NCBI GenBank assembly: GCA_964350985.1 | Contig: CAYGLK010000001.1 | Location: 91,018 to 155,017 of the forward strand | Source: an uncultured Candidatus Saccharibacteria bacterium | GTDB taxonomy: Bacteria > Patescibacteriota > Minisyncoccia > Phycocordibacterales > UBA918 | Direction: 5' to 3' | Length of the DNA: 64,000 nt | Notes under the pieces: generated by a model | Databases searched by the model: none | Seen by the model: only the letters and a program-made list of their open reading frames with translations | Told to the model about the DNA's origin: nothing | In this document: positions 46,355-56,942 of the stretch, one piece after another | Layout: the number at the start of each line of letters is the position of its first letter | Position numbering within the stretch: the first letter of the stretch is position 1 | Program-made: the position numbers and the translations under genes

Positions 46355-48322
46355 ATGTCCAGATCTGTCACAATCGGAAATGGAAAGATGCTCGTTGGGT
46401 TAGATAATAAGGGTCAGTTAAGAGACCTTTACTATCCTCACGTTGGTGAATCTAACCACGTTAGTGGAGCTAGTGGAAATTTTGTGCACCGGGTTGGTGT
46501 TTTTGTCGACGGTGTTTTGTCTTGGCTAGATAGTGATGAGTGGGAAGTGAATATTGGAGCCAATGATAAAGCGGCTGTTGGTACAATGACGGCTATAAAT
46601 AAAAATAAGCAAGTTACTTTAGTATCAAAAGATACTGTCCACAATGAGCAAGATGTTTTTTTGAGAAATTTTACAGTTACCAATGACAGTACCGAGACTA
46701 GAGAGATTAAAGTTTTTTTATCGCAGCAATTTAGAATATCTGAATCTAGACGAGGTGACACAGCTTTTTATGACCCAAGAGTGAAGGCAATTATTCACTA
46801 CAAGGGTAACACTACTTTTCTAGTTAACGCTTTTATCAACAACAACCAATTTACGGAATACAATATTGGTCTTTTTGGAATTGAAGGAAAAGAAGGAACC
46901 TACATGGATGCTGTTGACGGTATATTAGAAAAAAACCCAATTGAACACGGTTCAGTTGATTCGGTTGTTGGTCTTTCAGCTCATTTAAATGGGGGAGAAA
47001 GCGCTGATATTTTTTATTGGATTGTTGTTGCTAATACAATCCCGGAAGTCCACACTCTTGATGAGTATGTTATTAAAGAAACCCCTGAAAGGTTAATTGA
47101 TTCGACTGAAGCCTACTGGGAAGCTTGGCTCGAAAAAGAAGAAAGAGATTTAACCATCTTACCCAAAGCTTTGCGTACTCTGTTTGATAGATCTCTTATT
47201 ATTATGAGAGTGCATGCTGATGAAGAAGGGGGGATAATTGCTTCAAGTGATACCGATATGCTCCACCACGGACGTGATACTTATAGCTACGTTTGGCCGC
47301 GTGATGGTGCTGTTATAGCTGAAGCTCTGGATGTCTCTGGTTATCGTGACGCTGCCAGAAGGTTCTTTACCTTTATGACCAGGTGTATCGAACCAGGAGG
47401 TTATTTGATGCACAAATACCGAACAGACGGTGTGCTTGGAAGTTCTTGGCATCCTTGGATGCAAAACGGTAAGCCGCATTTGCCGATTCAAGAAGATGAA
47501 ACAGCAGCGATAGTTTTTTCTTTGTGGAAATACTACGAACGCAACCGAGACCTGGAGTTTATTGAATCACTTTATAATCCATTTATTGAACCTGCAGCTA
47601 AGTTCATGTCGGAGTATGTTGAATCACTAACTGGCTTACCTCAGGCTTCGTATGATCTCTGGGAGGAAAAATACGGTACATCAACCTATACAACTGCTTC
47701 AGTCTACGCTGCTCTATCAGCCGCTTCTCGTTTTGCGATGATTTTAGGTAAAGAAGATGATTCACGTACTTATCAAGCTATAGCAGAAAGAATGAAGTCA
47801 GCTATTAGTTCAGTTTTGTTTGATGACTCGCTCGGAATGTTTGTTAAACATGTGACACATGAAGAAGACGGAGAGCTTACTTTTGATCGTACTATTGATA
47901 TAAGTAGTTTTTATGGAGTCATTTTGTATGAAGTGTTTGATATTGATGATCCAAAAATTATTAAAGCTGCTAAGAGCATATCTCAAACACTACAAGTACA
48001 TGCCAGTAGTATGGGCTATGTTCGTTATCAAAATGATGCCTACTATCGAATGCAAGATGCCGATAGTCCAAACCCTTGGGTGATAACCACACTATGGATG
48101 GCACATTACCAAATTAAAAAAGCCGTTAAACTAACGGACTTAAAAGAGCCATTAAAGTTGCTTGAATGGACTTGTTCACATGCTTCTCCTGGAGGTGTAT
48201 TAGCAGAACAGATGCACCCAAATACTAGAGAGCACTTATCAACCTCACCACTAATCTGGAGTCATGCGGAGTATGTCTTAGTCGTCGATGCTTATTTGAA
48301 CAAAGTTAAAGAGCTTTCTTAA
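46355..48322 (+). CDS. glycoside hydrolase family 15 glucoamylase/glucodextranase-type enzyme
   Basis: N-terminal beta-sandwich plus (alpha/alpha)6 catalytic domain with YSYVWPRDGA and LWEEKYG motifs. Confidence 0.85.
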   Translation: MSRSVTIGNGKMLVGLDNKGQLRDLYYPHVGESNHVSGASGNFVHRVGVFVDGVLSWLDSDEWEVNIGANDKAAVGTMTAINKNKQVTLVSKDTVHNEQDVFLRNFTVTNDSTETREIKVFLSQQFRISESRRGDTAFYDPRVKAIIHYKGNTTFLVNAFINNNQFTEYNIGLFGIEGKEGTYMDAVDGILEKNPIEHGSVDSVVGLSAHLNGGESADIFYWIVVANTIPEVHTLDEYVIKETPERLIDSTEAYWEAWLEKEERDLTILPKALRTLFDRSLIIMRVHADEEGGIIASSDTDMLHHGRDTYSYVWPRDGAVIAEALDVSGYRDAARRFFTFMTRCIEPGGYLMHKYRTDGVLGSSWHPWMQNGKPHLPIQEDETAAIVFSLWKYYERNRDLEFIESLYNPFIEPAAKFMSEYVESLTGLPQASYDLWEEKYGTSTYTTASVYAALSAASRFAMILGKEDDSRTYQAIAERMKSAISSVLFDDSLGMFVKHVTHEEDGELTFDRTIDISSFYGVILYEVFDIDDPKIIKAAKSISQTLQVHASSMGYVRYQNDAYYRMQDADSPNPWVITTLWMAHYQIKKAVKLTDLKEPLKLLEWTCSHASPGGVLAEQMHPNTREHLSTSPLIWSHAEYVLVVDAYLNKVKELS

Positions 48323-48323
48323 A

Positions 48324-49127
48324 CTAGAATAGTTTTTTCCACTCAGATTTAGTTGGGTTATAGGTACCGATCTTTTCTCGGTGAATATTAAAAGCCAGCC
48401 CAGTAGTATTTAAGCTACGAGCAATAAACTCTGCTAAGGTACGCATGTATGTGCCACTAGAGCAGATACATTTAATACTGGCCACCTGATAGCTGACTGA
48501 GACTTCTCCAGCCGTTAAAAAGTCTTGCCATGACTGTAGTACTTCTGGTCGTCTAAAATCATTTCCTAGAGCCTTACGAGGATCAGTAACTTTTGGAAGA
48601 AGGGTTATCTTATGAATTGCTTCATCGTACACCTCAACGCGAGTCTTGGTTTCAAGAGAGGTAAGTTCAAGTTTATAAATAGTAGATTCCCTTGTTGGTA
48701 TTTCTATTTCGTCCAATCTACCTTCCATAGTCCAAGTATGAAGTGGTTTACCTTGAACGGTCTTGGCCGAAAAAATAGGGTAGGGCATTTCTATCTCACC
48801 AACAAAATCTTCTAGAGCTTTTATTAAAGAACTTTGGTCAATAGAAGTCGGTTTATCTGTCTTTACAATACCAAGCACGTCACCACTATCAGAAGCGGTG
48901 TCAAAAAGAATATCGACAAAGTATTCTTTGTCTAAGTCATGATACTCGGCTTGTTTTTTGCACTCCTCCCCAATCAGTATCAAAAGTTTACCTGAGGCCA
49001 TTGGATCAAGTCTGCCGGCATAGGCTAAAGCTACTCCGGACATTTCCGGATTATTTGCGCGCCAATTTTCAGCTACTTCAAGGGGGGTTTGACCAATTTT
49101 TTTATCAAGTAGAACGTAGGGAGGCAT
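48324..49127 (-). CDS. truB: tRNA pseudouridine synthase B-like
   Basis: PPYVLLDKKIGQTP and AYAGRLDPMASGKLLILIGE correspond to the TruB HxGTLDPxAxGxL catalytic-Asp motif. Start at an internal Met of the ORF. Confidence 0.7.
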   Translation of the reverse strand: MPPYVLLDKKIGQTPLEVAENWRANNPEMSGVALAYAGRLDPMASGKLLILIGEECKKQAEYHDLDKEYFVDILFDTASDSGDVLGIVKTDKPTSIDQSSLIKALEDFVGEIEMPYPIFSAKTVQGKPLHTWTMEGRLDEIEIPTRESTIYKLELTSLETKTRVEVYDEAIHKITLLPKVTDPRKALGNDFRRPEVLQSWQDFLTAGEVSVSYQVASIKCICSSGTYMRTLAEFIARSLNTTGLAFNIHREKIGTYNPTKSEWKKLF

Positions 49128-49131
49128 AACT

Positions 49132-50088
49132 TTATTCGTCACTTTCGTCTTCAATTTCAAATTGAATTATCTCTTCAATAATATCTTCTAGAGTAACAAC
49201 ACCTAAAAAGATTCCACTTTTACTCATGACAATACCCATGTGTTTTTTTCGCTTTAGCATTTTTCCAAGCACTAAGTCTAGTTTTTCTTCCGGTCTGATT
49301 TTAAGGAAGCTTTCTTCAAAGGCGTCTTCAGTTTGGTGAAGAGCAGTGTTTGGTTCTTCGGAGATTAATTCTTTACTATAAAGAATACCAACAATATTGT
49401 CCGGGTTTCCACTATAGATAGGATATCGAGAAAAAGAAGCATCAACTACATGCTCAATGAAATCTTCATTAATGCGTTGATTTTTTTCATAACAAACAAC
49501 CTTGTCTTTAGGAGTCATAATTTCACGCACAGTTGTGTGCGAAAACTTTAAGGCGCCGTGGACAATACGTCCTTCGTCTTCATCAACATCACTATGTTCA
49601 GACTGCTCTAGTTCAGAAACAATATGCATTATCTCTTTACGTGAATGCAGAGAAGGCATTTCTTTTCCGAGCATTTTATCGATCAGATAAGCAATCGGAT
49701 AGGCAACAGGAGCTAGCAATACCATAATTATTTTCATTAAAGGTGCTAGCCGACTACCAAACCATAATGCATGTCTTGAAATAATCGCTTGAGGAAGAAT
49801 CTCACCAAAGATAAAAATTAGTGAAGTTGCTACTATTCCCGCAATCACACCGCTCACAATTGATCCAAGATAAACTGAAAGAGCTGTATTAACTCCAACG
49901 TTACCAAGAAGCAATGTGGTCAAGAGCCAGTTACCGTGTTTCCTGATGGGGTAGATGGCTTTGGCTTCTTTGTTGCCAAGCTTAGCTTTTCTCTCAAGAA
50001 CATGTAGGTTCAGAGAAAAATAACCCAGCGTTAGACCAGAGAAGAGGGCAGAGAAAGAAATGAGGATAAATGAAATTAAATACTCCAC
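49132..50088 (-). CDS. CNNM/CorC/HlyC-family transporter (DUF21 + CBS pair + CorC_HlyC)
   Basis: Four N-terminal TM helices, then CBS pairs, then an acidic C-terminal transporter-associated domain. Confidence 0.75.
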   Translation of the reverse strand: MEYLISFILISFSALFSGLTLGYFSLNLHVLERKAKLGNKEAKAIYPIRKHGNWLLTTLLLGNVGVNTALSVYLGSIVSGVIAGIVATSLIFIFGEILPQAIISRHALWFGSRLAPLMKIIMVLLAPVAYPIAYLIDKMLGKEMPSLHSRKEIMHIVSELEQSEHSDVDEDEGRIVHGALKFSHTTVREIMTPKDKVVCYEKNQRINEDFIEHVVDASFSRYPIYSGNPDNIVGILYSKELISEEPNTALHQTEDAFEESFLKIRPEEKLDLVLGKMLKRKKHMGIVMSKSGIFLGVVTLEDIIEEIIQFEIEDESDE

Positions 50089-50203
50089 AAAGTTAATTTA
50101 TATAGGACTTCCACCAAAGTAAGTGTTTGCCATTAAGAGTAGGACAAATAAAGCTAAAGCAAGTACAACATACTTCATATAGCCTCATTATAGCAGACTG
50201 AAA

Positions 50204-51541
50204 CTAAGCCGGGACAAATGTCAGAGCTTTTCCTTGTTTGTCACTTCGTCCAGTTCTACCAATACGGTGAACATAGTCTTCGTAAGTTCCAGGAAGGTCG
50301 TAGTTAATTACGTGTGAGACATCATTAACGTGAATACCTCGAGCCGCAACGTCTGTAGCTACTAGGACTTTCACTCGACCGTCTTTGAAGTTATTCAAAG
50401 CTCGTTGTCGTTGGATGTGTGATTTATTTCCGTGGATAGCGTCAGCTTTAATTCCAGCATGAACTAATTCTAGGCTTAGTTTTTCTACACTGTGCTTCAT
50501 AGCACCAAAGATAATTACTCGAGTGAATTCATCTTCTTTAAGTAGTTCAACTAGTTTTGTAAATTTAGAACTGTGTTCGTAACGAACCACGTCTTGGGTA
50601 ATACTGTTTGTAATATCAGTCTTTCGAACAGAAACAGTAATCGGCTTACGTAAGAATTCGTGCACTAAGCCTTCAACGCTCTTTGACATTGTCGCAGAGA
50701 AGAAAAGAGTCTCACGATCTTCAGGAACGTCTTTCAAGATCTTCTTCATATCGTGAATGAATCCCATGTCTAGCATACGGTCAGCTTCATCGAAGATAAC
50801 AGTAGTGATTCCACCTGGCTTTATATGTCCACGATCCATAAGATCTTGAACTCGCCCAGGTGTACCAATAATAAATTGATTCTTTCGTCTAAGACCACTG
50901 ATTTGTGGGCGAATATTCATTCCACCAACACAAACAGTAGAATAGATATTCATTCGAGGTGTTAGTTTACGAAGTTCTTGTTCAACTTGGATAGCTAGTT
51001 CACGTGTTGGAGTCAAGATTAAAGTTTGACGTCCGCGATCTTTAAGAGTCTTTTGAATCACAGGGATCAAAAAAGCAGCTGTTTTTCCAGTACCTGTTTG
51101 CGCTAGGCCAACAACGTCATGACCGTCTAAGATGTAAGGAATAACCTGATCTTGAATAGCACTAGGAACAACTAGTCCACTGGCAGCAATAGCATCAGCT
51201 AGATACTTATCTAGACCAAAATCATTAAAAGTATGCTTTGCAACATATGGTGCTTCAGTTACTGGCTTTACTGGATTTAAGTTAATGAATTTTGAAACAT
51301 CGAAAGTACTCATTACTCGGCCTCCTCGTCCACCACGAGAACCTCCTCGGCTACCGCCGAAACTTCGTCCACCACTAAAACGACGTCCACCACCTGATGA
51401 TGAACCTCCTCCAGATCGACTGCTTCCAGATCGAAAGCCTGAACTGGGTCGGCGGCTACCGCTTGAACTTGAATTACTACTAAAAGGGCGACGGGTACGT
51501 CCCGCCATGGGTCGACTAGGTCGACCAGATGTATTTGGCAT
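50204..51541 (-). CDS. DEAD-box ATP-dependent RNA helicase with N-terminal Arg/Gly/Ser-rich tail
   Basis: Q-motif, AQTGTGKT, PTRELA, DEAD (IFDEADRMLDMGF), SAT, HRIGRTGR. The first ~75 aa are RGG/SR low complexity. Confidence 0.85.
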   Translation of the reverse strand: MPNTSGRPSRPMAGRTRRPFSSNSSSSGSRRPSSGFRSGSSRSGGGSSSGGGRRFSGGRSFGGSRGGSRGGRGGRVMSTFDVSKFINLNPVKPVTEAPYVAKHTFNDFGLDKYLADAIAASGLVVPSAIQDQVIPYILDGHDVVGLAQTGTGKTAAFLIPVIQKTLKDRGRQTLILTPTRELAIQVEQELRKLTPRMNIYSTVCVGGMNIRPQISGLRRKNQFIIGTPGRVQDLMDRGHIKPGGITTVIFDEADRMLDMGFIHDMKKILKDVPEDRETLFFSATMSKSVEGLVHEFLRKPITVSVRKTDITNSITQDVVRYEHSSKFTKLVELLKEDEFTRVIIFGAMKHSVEKLSLELVHAGIKADAIHGNKSHIQRQRALNNFKDGRVKVLVATDVAARGIHVNDVSHVINYDLPGTYEDYVHRIGRTGRSDKQGKALTFVPA

Positions 51542-51750
51542 TTTTTATTTAATTTAGGGGAATTTAAAAATTCCGGGCTGTGCAGAATATAATCAAATGG
51601 TCACGTGAGCCCAAACACAAGGGAGGGGAAGTGACGGCTATTTGTGACTCAAGAGCCCTACACGAGAATCTTAAGGTGACAAGAGAGTAACACTAATACT
51701 AAAAATAGTCAAATATTCTGTAATTGATAGCTTTATCAGAGCTTTATAAA

Positions 51751-51820
51751 TAAAAAACCTCACCTGGAGGTTCAGATGGGGCTTGGTCCGGACGCACCTA
51801 CGGTGCGTCCGGTTAGGTAA
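51751..51820 (-). terminator. 70-nt terminator module, copy 1 (identical to 52491-52560)
   Basis: Minus-strand CCGGACGCACCGTAGGTGCGTCCGG, then ACCTCCAGGTGAGGT, then TTTTTTATTTAT. Confidence 0.6.
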
Positions 51821-51852
51821 TTTTCTTCCGCTGGTTGCGACGCTGAGGTTGC

Positions 51853-52407
51853 CTACAGTCTGACTGCCAAACACGCGCCAAGGCAATGGACTGTCTTTCG
51901 GAACGTCTCACCATACCTCCCGTCTATCTTTGGATAGATTTCCGGGAACCAAGTCCTTTTCATCCCGTGCGGTTGAGAACCCTCAAGCCTAACAAGAGAT
52001 CCAAGACAGATCAGTCTTTCCGGGGTGTTGCCCTGAGCTTTCATGGTCTTTATGTAGGCATCACACTCCGCAATGTCGGCCGGACGAAGTCCTTTTTCTT
52101 TCATCTTTTGGATGGTGTCGTACGGCTGAGCATCGTAGTTAAATCCGACAAGATGCATGGTCAGCTCTTGATCGACCGTTTTTTCAGGCACGACGTAAAC
52201 GTTGTTGCTGTTTACTGAATTGACAACCATTGCCGGTTGGGCTGGGACAAAAACCGTTACAGCAGATGAGATGGTGTCCTCGCCGCAACAAACCTGGTAG
52301 ACTTTTAGCGAGATGTTGTACAGTACCAGGAGGCCAAAAAGTGAAAGGACGATTCCGGACCAGATCTTTTGAAGAATTGTCATGACAATTGCCTTGTCTC
52401 TACTCAA
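51853..52407 (-). CDS. hypothetical membrane-anchored protein (184 aa)
   Basis: N-terminal TM helix. GC-richer than surroundings. Followed by the repeated terminator module. The antisense plus-strand ORF 51886-52218 was rejected. Confidence 0.4.
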   Translation of the reverse strand: MSRDKAIVMTILQKIWSGIVLSLFGLLVLYNISLKVYQVCCGEDTISSAVTVFVPAQPAMVVNSVNSNNVYVVPEKTVDQELTMHLVGFNYDAQPYDTIQKMKEKGLRPADIAECDAYIKTMKAQGNTPERLICLGSLVRLEGSQPHGMKRTWFPEIYPKIDGRYGETFRKTVHCLGACLAVRL

Positions 52408-52490
52408 CGGAATGCTGAGCTCTTTCTGTTTTATAACAAATATAACGAAAAAGTCAATATTTCGTTAGGTACACACATAATATTTAAATA

Positions 52491-52560
52491 TAAATAAAAA
52501 ACCTCACCTGGAGGTTCAGATGGGGCTTGGTCCGGACGCACCTACGGTGCGTCCGGTTAA
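52491..52560 (-). terminator. 70-nt terminator module, copy 2
   Basis: Identical over ~70 nt to 51751-51820. Confidence 0.6.
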
Positions 52561-52958
52561 CGGCCTATGGTCTTTTTCTTGTTCGGCCATTTGACCATCA
52601 CCCACAGTATCCGTAACACGGAAAGGATAAAAAGCAGGCCAAAAAACGATATGTTAAACGCTAGAGTAAGACCAAAGAAAACACCAAGGTCTTTATCCTT
52701 TACTGCCCATAAGAAGGGAACCAAGACTCCGCCAAATGTTGTGACGATAGATAGTCTTAACCCCTCACGACAGAGTGTGCTACCTGTCTCGTGTAGTGTC
52801 GGGGCTACAAAGGCGAAGACTATTGCAGCAATGACCAGTCCGAAGATGGCGCTGGCTACAGCTCCGTTTGAAAACAGAGCTGTATAGGTAGAGTGACGAG
52901 CGTCATACAGCAGGCCAAGCATGACGCCTAGGCTGGCGCAGAACAGAAGTTTTTTCAT
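52557..52958 (-). CDS. hypothetical polytopic membrane protein (133 aa)
   Basis: Four predicted TM helices. Confidence 0.4.
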   Translation of the reverse strand: MKKLLFCASLGVMLGLLYDARHSTYTALFSNGAVASAIFGLVIAAIVFAFVAPTLHETGSTLCREGLRLSIVTTFGGVLVPFLWAVKDKDLGVFFGLTLAFNISFFGLLFILSVLRILWVMVKWPNKKKTIGR

Positions 52959-53127
52959 GGAACTTTGCTCCCATGATAGGAAGGGGGGTGAGCAGTACTG
53001 ATTATAATAATCTCATAAAATTACTATTGATGATACTAAGCCAGCTGTTTATATAACCTATTGCTCGGTTTGATTGTTATTTATCGCTATTTTGTGTTAA
53101 TATACGCGCGCAAAAACGTTTGTCATT

Positions 53128-53904
53128 TTGTTTCTAATGCTTTCATTCATCAATACAGCTTACGCGGCCGGAGACGGTATTAAGGTTGCTCTTAAGCCAT
53201 ATGTTGTTGGTGAACTTTGGGGTATTCCAATTACGGCCACTCTTATTACTACTTGGTTGACGATGGCTCTTTTGATCGTTGCTGCTTACTATTTTACTCG
53301 TAAACCACAGCTGATCCCTAAAAAAGTACAAAGTATGGCCGAATTGGTAGTGGGTGGCGTTTATGATTATATGGCTGATGTGCTAGAAAGTCGTAAACTA
53401 GCACTACAATACTTTCCAATCGTGATGACAATCTTTATCTTTGTCTTAGCTTTAAACTGGATCGGACTACTTCCAGGAGTAACTTCAATTGGTTTTAATC
53501 ACGATGGTCACTTTACTCCACTCCTATATCCGGCGGCGACTGACTTAAATATCACGGTCGCTTTTGCGATTGTAGCTTTCTTAACTATAGAGATCGCTGG
53601 TGTGGTAGCTTTAGGACTGTGGAAGTATGGTGGGAAGTTTATTAACTTCTCTTCACCGCTAGCTTTTATTATTGGTATTATTGAACTAATAAGTGAATTA
53701 GCTCGTCTAATCTCATTCTCATTTCGTCTCTTCGGTAATATTTTTGCCGGTAAGACGCTACTGGTAGTGATAATTTTCTTCGTACCTTATATAGTGCCAG
53801 TCCCGCTGTATGGGTTTGAAGTCTTTGTTGGGTTTATTCAGGCATTCATTTTTGCTATCCTAACCTTGTTCTTTATTAAAATTGCCATTGCAGAACCGCA
53901 TTAG
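53128..53904 (+). CDS. atpB: F0F1 ATP synthase subunit a
   Basis: RLFGNIFAG motif with the conserved Arg. Confidence 0.85.
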   Translation: MFLMLSFINTAYAAGDGIKVALKPYVVGELWGIPITATLITTWLTMALLIVAAYYFTRKPQLIPKKVQSMAELVVGGVYDYMADVLESRKLALQYFPIVMTIFIFVLALNWIGLLPGVTSIGFNHDGHFTPLLYPAATDLNITVAFAIVAFLTIEIAGVVALGLWKYGGKFINFSSPLAFIIGIIELISELARLISFSFRLFGNIFAGKTLLVVIIFFVPYIVPVPLYGFEVFVGFIQAFIFAILTLFFIKIAIAEPH

Positions 53905-54036
53905 TTGATAATCACGAGTCCCGTAAATAATTGGGCGTGACTCGTACTTGTCCATTAATCTTTAAAGCAATTGCTTTTAAGTAGTCTTTTCTTCCCAGAA
54001 ATTTAGACTCAGATGGCACATTATTATTTAAAATAA

Positions 54037-54312
<276 letters not shown>

Positions 54313-54345
54313 TTCTTCCAATATCACTTCGTCTGCTTTGTCGTA

Positions 54346-54415
54346 GTGCAGAAAAATTTACTCAACGTACTACTAAGTACGTATCGCAAATTTTTCTTTC
54401 TACTTCGCGCATACT
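54346..54415 (+). repeat. GTAC-core conserved intergenic element, copy C2 (between atpE and atpF)
   Basis: CAGAAAAATTTActCAacGTACtactaaGTACgtaTCgCAAATTTTTCtttctacttCGCGCATA. Confidence 0.6.
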
Positions 54416-54476
54416 CGTAATATTGAAAGAATTAGAAAAAGATTATTACCACTTTAGTCACTAAAATCTAATCACT

Positions 54477-54926
54477 ATGGAAGATATCATTAACGCATTT
54501 GGAATCGATGCCAGACTCATAATCATCCAAATTGTAAACTTCGCTATTTTGATGGCGGTGTTGGGATATTTCCTATACAAACCGATTCTCAAAATGTTGC
54601 AGGATCGCGAAGATAAGATTAAGCAAGGAATTGCAGACGCTGAACAAGCGGCTGTAGCTCTAAGTCAGGCTGAAGCTGGTAAAAAAGAAATTCTTACTGC
54701 AGCACACTCTGCTGCCGAAGAAGTAGCTCAAAGAGCAAAAGGAAGCGCTGAAGAGGCTGCAGCCGACATTGTTAGAGGTGCTGAAGATAAGGCGACTCAA
54801 GTTTTGAAGACAGCAGCTGAAAAAGCGGAACAACTTCGAACGCAAATTCAAAAAGAAGCTGAAGCTGAAATCGCTAAAACAGCGATCCTGGCTGCAGAAA
54901 AAATTCTTCGTGAAAAAACTTCTTAA
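54477..54926 (+). CDS. atpF: F0F1 ATP synthase subunit b
   Basis: N-terminal TM helix followed by a long Ala/Glu/Lys-rich helix. Confidence 0.8.
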   Translation: MEDIINAFGIDARLIIIQIVNFAILMAVLGYFLYKPILKMLQDREDKIKQGIADAEQAAVALSQAEAGKKEILTAAHSAAEEVAQRAKGSAEEAAADIVRGAEDKATQVLKTAAEKAEQLRTQIQKEAEAEIAKTAILAAEKILREKTS

Positions 54927-54929
54927 ATT

Positions 54930-55319
54930 ATGAAGGACACTTATATTAAAGCTTCATTAGAATTACTTAAAGCTGGGGAACCAGTAGAAGTAGTTCTAAA
55001 AAATATGCAGCAAGTAATGGCAAAGAAAGGCCATAGCTCTTTGTATGGCAGTGTCCTTCAGGGTCTTGTTACTCAAATAGAGTCTCAAGATGAGCTAGCG
55101 CAACCTATGGTTATCGTTGCTAACGCAAAAGATGTAGATGCAGAAAGAGTTAAATCACTACTAAAAGAAATTGGCAGTGAAGCAGAGAATTATTCAACAA
55201 CGGTAGATGAAACTGTTGTTGGCGGAATGATTGTCTCGCACAATTACAAAATGATCGACGAGAGCTATAAAACCAAACTTAAAAACCTTTATCAATCAAT
55301 TGTCTCAAAGACCAACTAA
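54930..55319 (+). CDS. atpH: F0F1 ATP synthase subunit delta (short, 129 aa)
   Basis: C-terminal TVDETVVGGMIVSHNYKMIDESYKTKL matches the OSCP/delta C-terminus. Position in operon. Confidence 0.7.
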   Translation: MKDTYIKASLELLKAGEPVEVVLKNMQQVMAKKGHSSLYGSVLQGLVTQIESQDELAQPMVIVANAKDVDAERVKSLLKEIGSEAENYSTTVDETVVGGMIVSHNYKMIDESYKTKLKNLYQSIVSKTN

Positions 55320-55335
55320 TCACTAAATTTTTACT

Positions 55336-56904
55336 ATGAACCCAACCATCATCGAAAGAATCAAGAAAGAAATTCAAGGACTGGAAACAAATAGTCAACC
55401 ACAAGAAATTGGTAAGGTTACCAACGTGGGTGACGGTGTAGCTGAAATCGACGGACTCCTAAGTGCGCAAATGATGGAGATGGTAGTTTTCGCTACTCAT
55501 GATGGACTTTCACTGAAAGATACTCTAGATCAAACAACAGTACTTTATGGTTTGGTACTTAACCTTGAAGAGGAGAGTGTAAAAGTGGTGATCTTGGGAG
55601 ACAGTGGTTTGGTTAAGGAGGGGATGACTGTTTTCCGAACTGGAAAGCTACTCTCAGTTCCAGTTGGTGAAGCGATTGTTGGTCGAGTAGTAAATGCTCT
55701 TGGTGAGATTATCGACGGTAAAGGTCCGATTGAAACTAAGCGTGATATGCCTGTAGAACGAGTGGCTTACGGTGTAATGGATCGTTCAAGTGTAAACGAA
55801 CCAATTCACACTGGTATCAAGGCTATCGACTCAATGATTCCTATCGGACGTGGTCAGCGAGAATTAATTATTGGTGATCGTGGTACTGGGAAGACTACAA
55901 TTGCGATTGATACTATTATCAATCAGAAGTACGAACCAAAAGAAAAGCGCCCAATTTGTATCTACGTTGCTATTGGTCAGAAGCGTTCTAAGACTGCCAA
56001 CATCATGGCTCAATTAGAAGCAGCTGGAGCAATGGAATACACAACTATTATTGCTACTTCAGCTTCTGAAGCTTCACCGATGCTTTTCCTGGCACCGTTT
56101 ACTGGAATGGCTATCGGAGAATATTTTATGGAACAAGGAAAGGATGTCTTGGTAATCCTAGACGACCTTTCTAAGCACGCTGTTGCGTATCGACAAATGT
56201 CGCTTCTGCTCCGACGTCCACCAGGACGTGAAGCGTATCCTGGAGATATTTTCTATCTACACTCACGACTTCTAGAGCGGTCAGCAAAACTTTCAAAAGA
56301 ACTTGGTAGTGGATCGATCACCGCTTTGCCTATCATTGAAACTCAAGAAGGAGATGTGTCTGCTTATATTCCAACCAACGTAATTTCTATTACTGACGGA
56401 CAGATCTTCCTTGAAGGTGAGTTGTTCAACAAAGGAATTCGTCCAGCTCTAAACGTAGGTATTTCAGTATCACGTGTAGGGTCTTCAGCGCAAACTAAAG
56501 CGATGAAAGCAGTGTCTGGAAAGATTCGTCTTGAGCTAGCTCAGTTCCGAGAACTGGAAGCTTTTATGCAATTTGCTTCAGATCTAGATGAAGATACTAA
56601 ACAGAGAATCGACAGCGGCCGAAAGTATGTGGAGTTGTTGAAACAAAAACAAAACAATCCAATGCCTTTCTACAAGCAAGTAGTATCTATCTATGGTGCT
56701 AACAACGGTTTGCTCGATGGTGCTAAGGCTGAGGATGTCCAAAAAATAGAAAAGGCTTACCATGACTTTATTGAACGAGATCGAAAAGAAATCTTGACTT
56801 CAATTGAAACAGAGCGCGCTCTAAGTGACGAACTGCAAGCAGATCTAAAGAAATCAATTTCTGATTTTAAAGAAGCTAATTCTGATTTTTATTCAAAAGC
56901 ATAA
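55336..56904 (+). CDS. atpA: F0F1 ATP synthase subunit alpha
   Basis: GDRGTGKT P-loop. Confidence 0.95.
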   Translation: MNPTIIERIKKEIQGLETNSQPQEIGKVTNVGDGVAEIDGLLSAQMMEMVVFATHDGLSLKDTLDQTTVLYGLVLNLEEESVKVVILGDSGLVKEGMTVFRTGKLLSVPVGEAIVGRVVNALGEIIDGKGPIETKRDMPVERVAYGVMDRSSVNEPIHTGIKAIDSMIPIGRGQRELIIGDRGTGKTTIAIDTIINQKYEPKEKRPICIYVAIGQKRSKTANIMAQLEAAGAMEYTTIIATSASEASPMLFLAPFTGMAIGEYFMEQGKDVLVILDDLSKHAVAYRQMSLLLRRPPGREAYPGDIFYLHSRLLERSAKLSKELGSGSITALPIIETQEGDVSAYIPTNVISITDGQIFLEGELFNKGIRPALNVGISVSRVGSSAQTKAMKAVSGKIRLELAQFRELEAFMQFASDLDEDTKQRIDSGRKYVELLKQKQNNPMPFYKQVVSIYGANNGLLDGAKAEDVQKIEKAYHDFIERDRKEILTSIETERALSDELQADLKKSISDFKEANSDFYSKA

Positions 56905-56942
56905 ATAGCCCACGAGGCATTATTAGCTTTCATTCAAATTAA

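Noticed and set aside
51886-52218. 110-aa plus-strand ORF
   Set aside because: It is fully antisense to the 184-aa minus-strand gene. That gene has an N-terminal TM helix, a promoter-like AT-rich upstream region and the downstream terminator module.
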